Shown: piece by piece, positions 24,391 to 39,321 of the stretch | Layout: each line of letters begins with the position of its first letter | How positions within the stretch are numbered: the stretch's first letter is position 1 | NCBI GenBank assembly: GCA_024704765.1 | Contig: JAKMXF010000350.1 | Span: forward strand, 62,001 to 126,000 | Direction of reading: 5' to 3' | Origin: Oopsacas minuta | Lineage: Eukaryota; Animalia; Porifera | Length of the DNA stretch: 64,000 bases | Position numbers and translations under genes: made by a program | Notes under the pieces: generated by a model | The model's input: the letters and a program-made list of their open reading frames with translations, nothing else | What the model was told of the DNA's origin: nothing | Databases searched by the model: none

Positions 24391-27300
24391 AATTCTCTAT
24401 CTGTGTCATCATGAGAGATTGAGCTGTAGGCTGTATCCATATCTTATCGTCTTCGCTGAACATTAATTCTTTGAAAGTAGGAAATTCAGATTTCACAATT
24501 CCTAATATGTCAGACGTATTCTTAATAGCTTCTCTCGCAGTGGTAACTGAAATATGCTCCATTGGTATACAACAACCAATCCCTGGTGTCATTAACGGAT
24601 TTTTAGCATTTTCATCAAAGTTTATCAGAGACACACAGAGAGAACTGAAGTTGTTATAAGCTATCGTAGATTTGAAAAATATCTTGACAATATCCAATAA
24701 GATGTCTAGGTTCCTCTGACAAGATATATTAGCCTTGTTGTATTTGTTAATATAGAGAATAGCAATACAAGTCTTCATTGCACACTCAAAACAGTTGGCA
24801 CAAGCGTGTGGTGGGAATATTGCACCATCAGCCTCCTCACAAACTAACTTCTTAGCTGCTCTCAAATCGCATTGAGCCGTGCGGATCCATAGTTTTGCAA
24901 TGAATTTATCTTCATTTGAGATTACAGCAGAGATTGTATTAGAGATAAGTCTTATAGGAGGAGTGTGAATTATTTGTAATAATGTTGCTCTTGTTACACC
25001 AGCTGGACGAGTAGCTGTCGGGTAATGAGATGTAGAAGTACTGCTTGGAGTGAGTCGTGATGAGCTAATGGGTGTGGTACGCATTACCAAAGATGTGGAA
25101 CTTTTCACCGATGGTAGGTTAATATCATCGATAAATGGACAGGCTTGTATGTTAAAGGAGTCTAATTTCTTCATAATATCACAAGTATTATCACAAGATA
25201 AACATAGTTGAAGAGCAAATAACATATCACTGAATATATTCCCAAAATGTAGATTTAGTGCATAGGTCAGGTCATGGAAGAAATTCACGTTTTTAATATT
25301 TCCACCATTTGCATATAAAACTGAGTTTTCAATAAAACAATCGTAAATTCCATCTTTGGTAATTACAGCACCACCTGCAACCTCAGTGATTTGCATTGAG
25401 AGCGTAGATACTATTGTGATTGATAATTTTTGTAAAATTTGAAAACAAGTCAAATACAGAGGATCATTTGCAATCCCTGGTTCCTTAGAGATATCCTTTA
25501 CATTACCATTCTTTATACGAATTAGACTTAGATCGCCTTTTCCATCAGCTATGTTGGAATGATAATAAATACGAATTAGTCCTTTAGCAAATTCTCTACA
25601 CTTAAGCAAGTATTCCATCTCAAGACACTCATTTCTATACCGTGATATCGTGCCAGCATTCTTTAAAGCAGGATCTAAAGTCGCACTGATAATCTCACTC
25701 AAGTGTTTAATTTTGAGAGAAACAGGTGGTTTACATGACCCCAGAGAGTTCGGAGGTAATTCAAGCAAAAACTGAAGGTTGGAAAGACTCGGGAAACTTT
25801 CTATATGTATCTTAAGTCTTGTATTATCAATATATACTACGTTAGGTATAGGGACAATTTCATAAATATCAGATAATACCATTGTGTTCAGAGGATCTAT
25901 ATTAATAGTACAGTTAGACTGTTCTGCTTTCCTTAGGGTACTGATAAACAGTTGAAATGTTGTTTTACTAATCTCCTTCCTCTGTTCATTTCTCAGAGGC
26001 CTATCATGGTAGATATCATTCATAACAGCTGCGTAATGAAAATAATCAGCTGATTCACTCACTCCTACAAGTTTCAGAAATGCATGATAACTCTTGAGAG
26101 CATCTGGAACTTTGAATAAATACTCGAGTATTATCGTGTTTAATGAAAATACCATGTTCCTGGGATAGAACAGTTTGTTTTCATAATAAATGCATTTAAT
26201 ATTGGTAAACTTGTTTTTCAAATTTTGACTACAATTTTCTTGTAAGAATCCATAAGTTTCAATGAATAAATTGTCCATAATTGAGTGATGATGAACGTGA
26301 ATTTCGTTAAAATTATCACAAATCAACTCAAGATGGCTTATAACAGTTTGTATGTCAGGTTTGGAACGGATATTCAGATATAATTCTGTATTATATTTTT
26401 TAGTGTATGTGTAACAATCGGAAACTAATGGATTATGGATATGTGTAGCCATGCAGCAAGAGTATTTGAATTCACACAACTCAGCCTTACTAAAGCTCGA
26501 TATTATTTGAGTATTTGCACTAGAGTTTGGGATACATTTCCAAACAGGTAGGAATTCAATTTTAGATAATTGTTGTAGTAGAGATGTATTATGAATATTC
26601 AAATTAATACCCTTAGATATCAACTGAGCTAGTGCAGATAGAGGTACAAGATAATCACTTGATGTGTAGATAAATTTTCTACTTTCTATCTTCTGGGCAG
26701 CTGTGAGTATTGATTCTAGATCTGCTTTATCATGCAAGCCAAGATTACATAAAATCTGAGAACAATTTCTATAACCATAAGTGTTAGACCATTCATTGGG
26801 TAAGAGGTCTTCTGAAAAGAATATTTTGAACAATCCTACTTCTGGTGAATAGCAGTCACTGACTAATCTATTTCTATGAATAAACCTTACAGATTTGAGT
26901 TTATGAATAAAATCCATTTCATAAGATGTAGGAGTATTTTGAATAAATAGAAGTAATTCTCTTTGCCCATTAATGTCAAGTTGTGTAAAATATCGCAAGA
27001 CATAGACTAGGAAGAAATCACTCTCAGTCACCATGTGTATTCTAAGAGTTTTTGCGATGTGTTTAATAAGTGCTTCTTGTTTTTTAGAAGCCTTAAATAT
27101 TGTAACTCTTTCGTTAGTTAGTTTGTTGATCAGTAAGGCTCCAATGTTATATGTAGAATTGTGAATGTAAAAGTTATCAAATTGAGCTATACAACACAAT
27201 ACATCTTGGTGGGATAAAAATATCTTCAGTAGAGAGATTATCCTTATCTCCTCACTCGTTAACTCATTTAACTTAGTATTAGGCAATAGATTCCTCAGTG

Positions 27301-30300
27301 AAGTAGCCTCGCTCTTATCAAATCTCACACATTCTATATTAATGTCAGATAGTTTTACTGCTGATATGAATAGAGGGAAAGTTATAGTACTGGAGATGAC
27401 TAGAGGCTGTAAATACATTGCTAGCGTACTCACATCGAAATCATCTTTAGCTAGTTTGTCTAGACATAATACATAACAATTCAGTTTAATCAAGGAGCTG
27501 TATAGCTCTTTATTGGAAGATGCGTTACTTGAGGTATTGAGTATAGCAGGTAGATTTGATATCAACGTATACTCTCCAGCAGGGTTATTCTTAATAGGAA
27601 CTAAAGGAAATTTCCCAAATTTCTGTATTAAATCATAGGATTGGAGTCCTGATTGAAGTATGAATTTCCAAAACAAACAACATTCCTGTAGCTGGAATTC
27701 CTTAACTTCTAAATTATTCGATAAATAATCAGGTGAAAGTTCTTGCATAAAACCATGCGCACATAGTATTTGTATGCTATTGATAGGAAATATAGATGAA
27801 ACAAACATTCCAGCACGATGAGGAAGTAGACTCCCGTATGCAGGCGTGAATGTAGGTTTAGTTTTAGTAAAATGTCCCAATCCTCCATTAAAATCAATCT
27901 TTAATGGAATTTTCTGAAATAATAGAATACATTCAGGTTTGGCTGAGAACAGATATTCTAATAAAATATCTATTTCCTTCATACTTAATATGAGAGCATT
28001 AAAAGCAGTATATTCAATTCGGTTGAGGAATGATAGTAAAATAGTTTGATCCAATCTAGTTAGGTAACATGAAAATTTCTTAAAACTGTGATAAATGTGA
28101 TCTGGGGCACCAGTTAAAGGTAATCTCAATTTCTTGAGAGTTAAATATAGTGAGTCTTGCTCTAAAGAGTGTTTCCGACTCTTACTAGCAGACAAAAGAT
28201 TATGTGATGATGAGATACCAGATAATCTTCTAGAGCTATCTGGGAATATTCCTCCATGCTCTCCATGTAGAGGATGCAAACGCTCATAGCATCCGCTGCT
28301 GATGAGTATTTTCTCATTACTACTATACATTAGAATGTATAACTCCTTACATAGTGCGTATAGGAAGTTGGTATACACTTGATTACCTTCAATAAGTTTA
28401 CCCATGTCTGGGTATAGAGAGTAGTACCAGTCGTAGTAATCAGAATCTATAAAATTTGTTAACTCAGTATCCGCTCTACTCTTTAGATAGATAAGTAAAG
28501 AAGCAAATAGCGGTGCTATCACGTGCTGGATAATAGATGAATGCCAAACATCTTCCCACTCCAATTTTTCAGGAGAATCTCCACTCACATCTCTGAAGCG
28601 AATGTGCTGTCTCTCAGGCTCAAGGATAAAAGGAGCATTAATCAGAATTGGAAAGTTCACAGATCTATCATCCCCTATCGGGAGATAAGAATACAAACAG
28701 CTTCCTCCTGTTGGTGTCCTGCAGCTTGCATCAGTTGGAACATGTACCGCTATTCCACCATACACTTGATGAGTTAATTTTTCTCTCTCATAAATACTTT
28801 TGTATTTAGTAATTTGAGGAGAACATTTTTCTAGATCCTTCATAGACCCTTCATGCGTGAATAGGATCCATGAAGATGTATGTGGATAGCTTCTATTTCT
28901 TTTTCCAAGAATACTAACATTTGGTTGATTTGGTGAGATTGTTGTAAATTTTTCATGTATTATTTCTCTTTTTGTAATCTGTATAGTATTCAAGAATTTA
29001 CAATTGAGTGAAATTGGAGGTGGATATGGATTCAGGGGGGTAACCAGTAATTTAAATGTACCCATCATAGTTGTGCTATCTTTATCACGTTTGTAGATTG
29101 ATATTCTCTGAATATTATTTAAAAAGAGATTGAAATTTGACGAGTTTTTAAGAAAATCAGATAATATTTTCTCGACTTCAGTTTCAATACTAGATTCCAT
29201 AATAGGAATTCTAAAGATAGTATAATCTCCATTGGTTAAGGTAGGGAATGTATTAGCGGATGTAGTGTTGAGAGATTCTAGAGAGTATGGAATAAACTGG
29301 TCAGGGAATTGATCTATGTTTTCTGACTTAAAAGTAAATTTCATTCCAGGTAAGTTCTGAGGAGGGAGTATTAGGAATTTACGAAAAGGATCAAAAATAC
29401 AAAAATAAATTTCTCCACCGTTATTCCTTCGTGTTAGTAAACAAGGAGAATCAGTTAAATTATAAACAGCATTAAATCCTAGCCCAAATTTCCCAATCGT
29501 ATGGCTGTCCTTTTTACCACCAAGACCAACTGACTGTATTCCTTGTAAATCTTTATCACTGAACGTACTATTGTTATACACAAGTAATGATGTATACTGC
29601 TGGTATTTGTGCCAGTTTGGCTGTTCATTCTCGCTCAAACATAGGGTGTTAGTCCTAGAAGAATATTCTGTAGTATCTAGTATAAAAGCTACTTCTGTTG
29701 CTCCAGCATCTTCTGCATTCTGTAACAGCTCTTTGAGTATTGTAGTACCACATGGAAATGCTCGCTTAAGGCCTCTAATTCTATCAGCGATATCTTCATA
29801 CTGTCCAAACTCTTCAAACGCAGAACTTGTGTAATATTCACTTCGCTTACTCCTTGCACCGAGATTAAAGGCTGCTATCGGGTGAATGCGTTTATGAACT
29901 GTATTGGATCTGTTCAGAGAGGGAGGGTATCCTGTCTCCTCCCAAGGCATATCATTGATCACTAATTCACAGCCAGGGCACAGTTGTAATTCTGTTGAGA
30001 GGAGAACTTGTTTAGGATTGTTAGAAAATAGATATTTTTGAACATTATGGAAAAATAAATTGGTGAGTACAATAATAAGATCAATAAGGAGTTCGTCATG
30101 GATATTAGAATTCTCTCTAGCAATAAGATGTAATATCCTGTGAGCATCTGTTTGTGAAATATTTTCCTTTATTTCTAATCTTTGTAAGAATGATTCCCTT
30201 AATCCCTTATTCTCATAATTCAGTTTGTAAGGAAATGTTAAAAGGAATTTACAACTGTAATGAGAGAATTTCTCAGAACTGACTATATACGATGTATGAC

Positions 30301-33300
30301 GAAATGATCCAGAAACTGGATGCCAAATGTAATTAAGAGTTTCTATAGAAACGGCAGGATCGTTTACCCAGTGTTTGAATATGGTAGTGTATATATTTTC
30401 TGCCCTTGCTGATAATTCATTTTGAAGATTAAAGGAATGAATTTGGCCTTCTTTTTCTCTCAAGCTCTGTAATAATGAGGCGAGTGTGCGAATATTAATA
30501 GATTTCCATGCTTCGCGGATAGACAGGAATGTTTCAATACATTTAAGTTTGTCCACTTCTTTTGTAACAGCGTAACAATTTGTAGACATGAGGTACCGTA
30601 GGTCATAAGAGTAACATTGACTCGGACTAGCAAACTGAGTACATCTTTGTAATCCTAGTCGTATGAGAAATAAATCATTCCAAACAGGAATTAATTTAAT
30701 GTTCACTAATTTGCTTTGTATCAATTTTAAATCCCTGTCTTCGTAGCCAGAAGGAGATGATGAAGACATATTGTTAAGATACTGAAGGATAGTCATACAA
30801 TGTTCAAATCTTCTTGGATTTAAGAAACTTATCTGACATTCACAACGTTCAATGAGATCTGATACTGGTAATGTATTCTCAATTATTTTTAATATCTTCA
30901 AAGCTTTGTAATGAATTGTTTTTGGTGCAAATAACTTGTCTAAATCTGGATGAATAGTTCTCTTATCACTAGGACAATATAGTCTAGCTACAGGTGAGCG
31001 GGGGCTAATTACCTCTGAAGGTTCGAGAAGTGAGTAATCTTCTCCGGCACCACACGGAATACATGGTACATTAGAGAATAACTCTTTGACCCAGTTTTGA
31101 GATCCTTTGTGTATAACTGGTAACAAGGATGTGAGTACTAGTTTAATATCTGGGAATGAAAATGTAGAAAAATTAGGGAAAATAACTTCACGACAAATTC
31201 TTTCCAAACTAAAAATCTTGTCTTTATTATTTTGCAAAATAATATGAAATAGATGAGTTGATTGTAAGCTAATACCTAAGTCTACTAAAGATATATTAAA
31301 TTGTAAACATTTTCTTCTAGCAAAGTTATAAAACTCTTTCAAAGAATTGAAGTCGGAATAATCCTCATAAAATATAAAGTTAGCTTCATTATAACCAATC
31401 CACTCATTTCCCAAGCCGTAATAGAATAGAGGTGTATCAGTATTCATGACTCTAATAGCAAATGCTTTAGGAAATTCTCTCCAAATGATTAAATGAGGTT
31501 GAGCGTTGAGAGGCCACAAACGATAGAACTCATATATTTGTTCTTTTCCTTTAGAAAACTCCCCTCTTATTTGAACAAACAAATTGATAAATGTATTTAC
31601 AAGGCTGTCATTGACAAGAGCTATATTCCATGTAGTCCTGTCACTACCATCCTCAGTACATGCTATTCCTCTTCTAGATTGATCTAATGCAAAACACCCG
31701 TTGATGTACATGGGATAAGGTGAAGTGACAGGTAGAGGTAGATAACAGTACATGTAGTAGTTATTTTTCTTTGGAGGAGATTTTCCTATTGAATTAAGGG
31801 GAAGTGCAACTGAAGTAACAGGCATGTAATTTGATATCTTTCTATGCGAATTTTCCTCCAGAAACTCTATACATTGCTGAATTCCAGTCGAATAGGAAAT
31901 AATGAAACTTTTTGATTCCTTTCCTGAAAGTCTTTCACATGTGATAGTAACCTTTTGATGATGCACAACAGGTGTAACATTAGGGGTAGTCAATAACTCG
32001 TCAAAATGAGCCAAGTTTTTAGAAATAAAAGTTTCATGAAGTTCAAATGGCTGTGTAATTTCCTTTTTAGACACTTTCAGAAGCAGAACTGGTTTCGAAG
32101 TTAGTGGTTTTTCGTATATTTCAATACATTTAATATGCTGAAGGAAACGAATGCTTGATTCAGCTTCCAATAATATCCGTGATTTTAGTTCCCCTATCGC
32201 AGAGCTATTATAGACAGTACCGGATATATCAGATGACACAGTACGGAATGGTAATCGAAAGAGAGTTCCATTGAATGGTTCAGGATCAAAAACATCACAG
32301 CCAAATAATTTTAGGTTAAAAACACTGAATTGATCTCGAAACTCAAACGTTTCGGTATTGTTAAGTACAAAATCGACCTGAATACCTGGAGGGTTACTTC
32401 GATGAAGAAACTTCCTATTAGGATCCAACATGTGTATATACCTCCCACTCACAAAACTAGGTAAATCTGTCAAATGGTAAACTGTGTTGAAACCTAATCC
32501 GAATTTTCCGATTTTCAATTTATCTTCAAGTTTCGTTTCACCAAAAATTTCCATTATGTTATCAAAGTCAGCATCTGTGAATTGTGCATCATCATAGAAA
32601 TACAAAGCAGGACCTTGCCATTGCTTCATTGTAGGCTCTATGAGTGAATCTGTAGGGAAACTATTATAATCAATGAGAATACGGGCTGTATTAGCTTTAG
32701 CGTCATCTGCGTTCTGTAATAATTCCTTGTAAACATCAATATTTGATTCATATTCCTTTAGAATACTACGTAACCGGGTGGTTAACTCTTCAAACTGACC
32801 TTTGAATTTAAAGAAACCCAACTGATCACCCAACATTGTTAGTTTAAATGATGTGGCTCCAAATTTTAAAGCAACAAGTCTAGATATATTGGAGTTTACG
32901 ATAAAATACATCTTATCATTTTTATTAACTTGAGATTCCTTTGAGGATTGTAAAGGATTGTCATATACCACACACTCGGTGGCTAAATGAAGCAGATTAT
33001 CAACTCCCAATAGGAAATGATCGCTAAATGATTGAGTCTGAGAATTATAGAGACTATGGATTATGTTAAGGATGAGTTTTACATTATGAGGTCTAGAATC
33101 CATAGATTGGGATTGATATAAGGTATCCAAAATCTGGTATAATTGATTATCAGAGAGAGATTCATTTGCTCCACAGTTTTCGAATAATTTCCAAGCAGCT
33201 TCAGAGTAATTCAGCTTTTCAAAGGAATAATAAAATGGCTCTAGAGAATAATCTAAGTTTCTAGCAACTAGTTTCGCTTCAATAAAACTATTTGTATGTT

Positions 33301-36300
33301 TCACATACACAAAATGTGTTACTATCTCATCTATCACTGTTAGGATAGATGGTGAAGAATAAATTCTATTTAATAAAGAGTGAATCCTTTTTGGGTCGGA
33401 TGAGTGGATTGATGTGAGTGAAATTTTATTTAATTGTTCAGCCATCATTCCACCTGTTACTTCAGTATTACAATTGAGATGATTCAGTAGTTCATTAGAT
33501 TGATTGTCTTGATAAGATGGGAAGAATTGTACACATATCCTTACACTGGCAATAAGGGAAATATCTATATCGTTACAGAACACGACTGACTGTAGTTGAG
33601 TTAACTTACGTTCTCCTAAGAAGGGTATACATTTGGGGTAATCACCAGGACGAGTATATGATGGTAACACAATACTACTACTCAACAGGATTCTAGAAAT
33701 TGGATCAGTGTTAAGGTTTGAACTTTTCCAGCAAGATGTAACAAATTGAAGAAGTGTAGAAAAACGTTTTCTCCATAATTCATTGCAATTAGGAACATTA
33801 ATATCCAAATGGAAATAACATACAGCTGATTGTGTAACTGCTTCAAACATTTTCTGATTAGTTAGTTGTGTGGAAATGAAAAAAAGTTCCAACTTCTTTG
33901 CCATGTGAAAATAATCTTTGTAGTCTTTATGAACGAAGAAATTAGATTTAGAAGGTAAGAGTATTTTTAACATATCATCATCAGGATAGAACAGCTGATT
34001 AGGCTGACGATAGTTACAAGGTTGTGATATGGAATTTGAATTGTCTACAATCCATTTAGTAGTTTTCAAAACCTGAATATTTTGATAACTTACTTTATCC
34101 AGATTGTTTAACAGCCATATACTCAAATTAAAATGTTGAACAAACATATTAGTCTCAATCATAACTTGCATGAATGGTAATATATTATTTATAAGGAAAT
34201 TGTTAAAATCTGGAGCAGTTATACCCAACTTTCCATATAACGTATTTACATTGTAGATATCTGGAGATAGAAAATTAGCTGGATACTGAAACTGTGAGGG
34301 AAGGTAAATATTACCTGGTACTCTCACAAATGTAGATACAGCGATAGAAATATGATTCCCGTTAATAGTCGGGAATATTGGGAGCTTCTTAATTAATTGT
34401 ATTTGATTATTAGTAAATCGGGAATCGTTGTTCAGAATATCGATAATGAGTTCGAAAAGTTGTTCATTCGTATCTTTTCTGAGTTTGTTAATAAACGTAT
34501 TTAAGATGTTATTGTTTGTCTGCAATAGAGTCAATAATCCATTTGGAATAGGACTAAGGACTAAACTATCTAAACATTCGACAAATTTATGTGAGTGTAT
34601 AAATACACTCCCACATTCTAGCAGTATATTCTCTAAGGGTTTGCACTTATCACCTGTAGAACATTGAATGTAATTGCTACTAGTATTAGATGAAACAATA
34701 GGCAAGAGTTGGTTATTGATTGAATACAAGTCATGCGTTGGGAGCAAGGGTAGATCACCTAGGGATCTAGCAAGGTTCTCATCAGATCCTATAAAAGACC
34801 ATACGAGTTTTATCCAGGATTTATTGAAGGGAAAAAAGTTAGGATTCCATTTTAATGGGGGGGTCGTAATCATAAAATGTGATTTTATTGATAATTCGAA
34901 TAAACGTTTCAATAAATCTAAATCTGTTTTGATGTTAGATATATCTTTGAGGTTAATCTTTCCTTTACATGTGTGAGATAACATTAAGATACGAGAATAT
35001 ATTTCAGTAGGTATACCTCGATCTACAAATGAGCCTTCTGTTCCAGGGAAAAGGTTAACAAAATCAAAAGTATCATCATAAACATAATAATAAGTTTTTG
35101 GATTAATAGAAAATTTGAAAATATGTGGAGTAGCTACTTTCAAAAGTGGGATACTATCAAGTTGATTCGAAAAATTACTATTATGAACTGTAAAGTCTGA
35201 TAAAATGAAATTTAGAATAACAAATGTATGATCTTTAAGATTTGCAATAAAAAATACATTCAATGCAGGATTATTTGAGTGTTTCACCAACAGCTGACGA
35301 AGTAGAGCGGGTGTTACTCTACGTCTATCAATATCATTCTTAACAGAATCTATTCTGTTAAATAAAGTTAGGATAGTTTTAGGAAGAAGGACTAAGGGTT
35401 CTTTTAAAAGTTTCAAGAGCTTTTCTAACGGGCAATTAATATTAGTATTAACATCAGATAGGTATATTCCTTCTTCAATTTTAATCCATTCATTCGTAAT
35501 GCAAGAATATACAATTTTCTCATTCGCTAAAATCCTTAATCCCTGGTCAATTAATATAGAGGATTGCTTCTTCAACGTACTTGCTCCCAGCATTTGATAA
35601 TGGTAGTTACCAGGGTTGCCATGATGAAAAGAGTTGAGGAGAATACTGTAGAAGATAGCGTAAGCACTCACACCAAGCTGTTCTATCAATAATTTATTCC
35701 AAGTAGAGTCTGTGTCTTGTGAGTCAACACTCGGCCATTTGATTTGACGTCTGTCATTTGACAAAGCAAAGTATCCATGTAAATTAAAAGGTAGATCTGT
35801 AGGTTCAGGAGTAGGAAGAAAACAGAATAATTTACCAGTATCAGCTGATAGTTTATGATTAAAACGAACTGTTAAGTGAAAATTAAAATTTTCAAGAATT
35901 CTATAAATAAAATCCAGAAGGTTATTTCCGTCCCAATCATCTTGGAAGTTCATAGCTTTTGATGTACCAAGTTGATCACTTGTTATACCAGTTTCCATTG
36001 CTATTCCTATCCATGGTAGATAATTAAGGTTACTCTTAGAATAAAATTCATAAAGTTCAGTTTGTGATTGAGGAAATCCGATCATATTTAAAACGAGCCA
36101 TACTTTATCCTCTCTGCTATTCAATGAAGAAATAGGAAATAAATTTATCGTCACTTTGATAGATTTGTGAAAATTCTTTTGCTCAACATGATTTGATAGT
36201 AATCTATTAGAGTACACTACGTCATCAATATAATTATTTGGTATGTTAATAGAGAATATCTTCTTCGTCTCAATTCCAGATTTTGTGTAAAGAGTAATTG

Positions 36301-36633
36301 ACTTAATATTTTTAAGAAATATTAGAATATTACTAGATTCCTCTTGCAAAGGTTTAAATAATTTAGCCATAACACTATCAGCTGTGTATAGCCCAGCTGG
36401 TTTGATTTTAGATTTTGATTGTTTGTTTCGAAGTGGAAATCTGAATATTGTCCCGTCATACTTACTAAGGCCATTATAATCGAAATAAGAACGGAAACAA
36501 TTCTGATGAGCAGAATATACTGGATCTTTAAAGAACTTTTTCAGTTTTATTCTCTTCCCCGGTTCATTAGGATATATCTGTTGCTGTGGATCCAATATTC
36601 CAATACTGTTATTACTCAAAATCATAGGGACAT
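24391..36633 (-). CDS. 12.2-kb main exon of a sacsin-like protein (GHKL repeats 2 and 3, HEPN-like domain)
   Basis: ELLQNADDA and ELLQNAEDA, GKFGLGFN twice, YLPLP/CFLPTP and NGCFAL/HGYFAL sacsin-repeat motifs. C-terminal AKLWIRTAQCDLRAA...ACANCFECAMKTCIA matches the sacsin HEPN pattern. No HPD J-domain motif seen. Acceptor at 36634, donor gtaagg at 24390. Confidence 0.9.
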
Positions 36634-36967
36634 CTATTCAGAATAGAATAAATAAATTATCATAACAATATCACTGCTTAGACCGTAAAAAAATACACTT
36701 GCCTCCTATCACAACTCGTTCCCACCCAACCAACGAAATTAATGTGCAGTGTACACGACATATCCAGATCCCTGGTATGCGATAGAATATGAAGGATAAA
36801 CTATCAACTGTATAGCTTGATACATATACAATACTTAACCATAGCTAATACATGGCTATTCCTAATATAAAAATACGATGCTGTTCCCTGTTCATGACAA
36901 ACAATGGATGAAATACAATAGTAATTTACTATGCATGGCTGAATTATATAATATACTATCATAATAC

Positions 36968-39147
36968 CTGTAATATGATAGACAGCTACAAATCCCAATC
37001 CAAATCTACCAACTTTCAAAGTTTCTTCTACTTTACCACTAATCCCAATATTCCTGATCCCCTCCCAATCACGTGTTTTGAATTTAGCATTATTCCATGA
37101 GTATAGAGCTTCTCCCTGATACAATGAACATACAGGCTTTATAAGATTAACACAGCTGTGTTTAGTGTAATCTAGAAGGAAAGCTACCGAGGTAGCTTCT
37201 GCATCATCTGCATTCTGTATTATCTCCTAGATAGATATCAATAATTGAGTATAATGACATGCTTCAAAAATCACAATAATAGAGTTTCAAGTTAAAATAA
37301 ATATACGATATAAGAACGAGAATCTGAATATCGAATTCATTGTTTGTTATCAAAGCGTTTGGATAAGGTATTACATGAGTAATAGAGGTTGTAACGTAAA
37401 AGCATCGGAAGGGTTAGGATGGTGAGATTACTACCAAATGATTCAAGGTATGAAGTGAGGTAGAATCCGTAAAGCGACTATTTGAGGGAATTTACAATGC
37501 TACATGCTCCAGCTAGAGATAAGTGGACACTTGGTCCTCGGTAAGTTCGTAGCTAACAATTCTCTATGAAAATTGTATATTGAGTACTTATACTAACTTA
37601 CTAAGTAGTAATAGTTAGAATAAAACACAAAAATCGCTATGGAGGAATTCAGGACAGCTTTCTACACGTAAATAGTACATACCTTCAGGATTTGACTCCC
37701 ATCTGGATAACTGTTAAGAATACCTTTAATATACTCTATTAGAGGAGGAGTCCTCTGGCCAAAGTCTCTCTCATCTGTGAACAGAAAATTATCAATTTAG
37801 GAAAGTACTAAAATAGAATAAGGGGAGTCGGACAATTTGGGCTAGGGCGGGATTAAGAGAAGTAGGGGCCTAAGCCCAATTATTGATTGGCCACCCATCA
37901 CAATTTGAATACACTGACATCATATCGTGATAAATTCATATGAAAAATTGATGGCTAATAATTTGTAACTGTATATAGGGCCAGCCATTACTAGCCTAGT
38001 TCACGCAGCCCAATAAGAGCCCTGCAGATGGATAAGTCCTGAAACGGTGGTTATCCAAAAGTTGAGGGCCAGTAGCTGAGCCGGGCATTTCTAGTGGGGA
38101 TAATTCATCAGGGTCCTAGGAGGCCCCCCAGTGGGGTCTAGGAGCGCAGCCTGAATAAGACAAGCTATAATTAGTACGTATAAAATTAGTTCCCTTTGTA
38201 CTGTCACATAACTTCTATACTTGTACATATGGTTACTACCCCATAACCTTCAGTCCGTAGATCAATTCAAGGTATTTACGAGGTATATACGAAGTATATA
38301 CCTGAGATTTTGGTGAAATAACATGATGTTAAGGGTAAAATGTGAGCGAAGCGGGCCCAAAAATTTATTGTTTGTAATTTGAGCTCAATAACGAAACAAT
38401 TGAATAACATGAACATTCCAGATAGTGTATAAATATCCTGAAGGGTTACATCCTCCTAGAGGATCCGCCACTGGTGGGGCACCCTAAGGGTGGGGGCCTA
38501 AGCCATGACTTAGTTGGCTTATAGGTTAATCCGGGCCTGACTACCGCGAGTTGACTCTGCCATTATATAAAATGTATAGGTGGGTGCTGGGTAGGCATGA
38601 CGTCATCTCTGTACACCCAGCTCATGAGCTTAGTTACGCCAATAGTTGGCTATCACCAGGCGTATCTATTTAAAGTTTAACCCATGATATTTGAGAGGAA
38701 ATTTAGTAGAGACTCCATGTAACAATATGGTAATAAATATTGTGCTATTTGGGTTGCTGCCATTTCAATAGCTAATGCAGAGCAGAAAATAAATGAATTG
38801 AGTAGAGAAGATTAGAAAAAACTAACTTACCCTCACTGCTAGAATCACTTGATTCATCATCTAGAAGAATATAATATGGTATATGTAATATTATTCTATC
38901 GTTAAGTCAAGTAATATTTTAGTAAAAATCGTCACCCATGACTGAGTTTTATTTAGGTTATAGGATCTTTTCTGACCAACACAGAATTTGTTACAGATAG
39001 AATAATATAATTTGTGTTGATAATGAGTAATACAAGTAATAGCCGAGCTGAATTATAAATGATATACTCACGAGATATTTGTTGGCGTTTTGGATTATCT
39101 GTTGTTATAGGTGCATCTCTTTTTCTTCGGGATATGTTCTCAGCCAT
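36968..39147 (-). CDS. 5' exons of the sacsin-like gene: 39147-39072, 38860-38831, 37774-37683, 37226-36968
   Basis: GT-AG junctions are phase-compatible and give MAENIS...[54 protein letters not shown]...GRFGLGFVAVYHITDVPMIL (first sacsin repeat). All six exons sum to 13302 nt = 4433 aa + stop. Exons 1 and 2 are less certain than exons 3 and 4. Confidence 0.75.
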
Positions 39148-39321
39148 TGTAGTCAGCTTGAAGGAGTCATAAAGGTAGCTATCGGGAATAACAACTGACT
39201 ATAGATAATAAGCAATAGAGACACAGCGATCTAGACCGACCTACAAATGTCAACCCTGTCCGCTCGCTGGAGTGCCTGGACCAATGCATTTCTACTAAAC
39301 AGGTTTTGCTTAACCAAACTA

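Noticed and set aside
37843-38539. hAT-like element in sacsin intron 2, and similar CAGGG-type ends at 1-90, 1775, 7006, 12180 and 63694
   Set aside because: The ends are degenerate or unpaired and no TSD could be verified, so boundaries cannot be supported.
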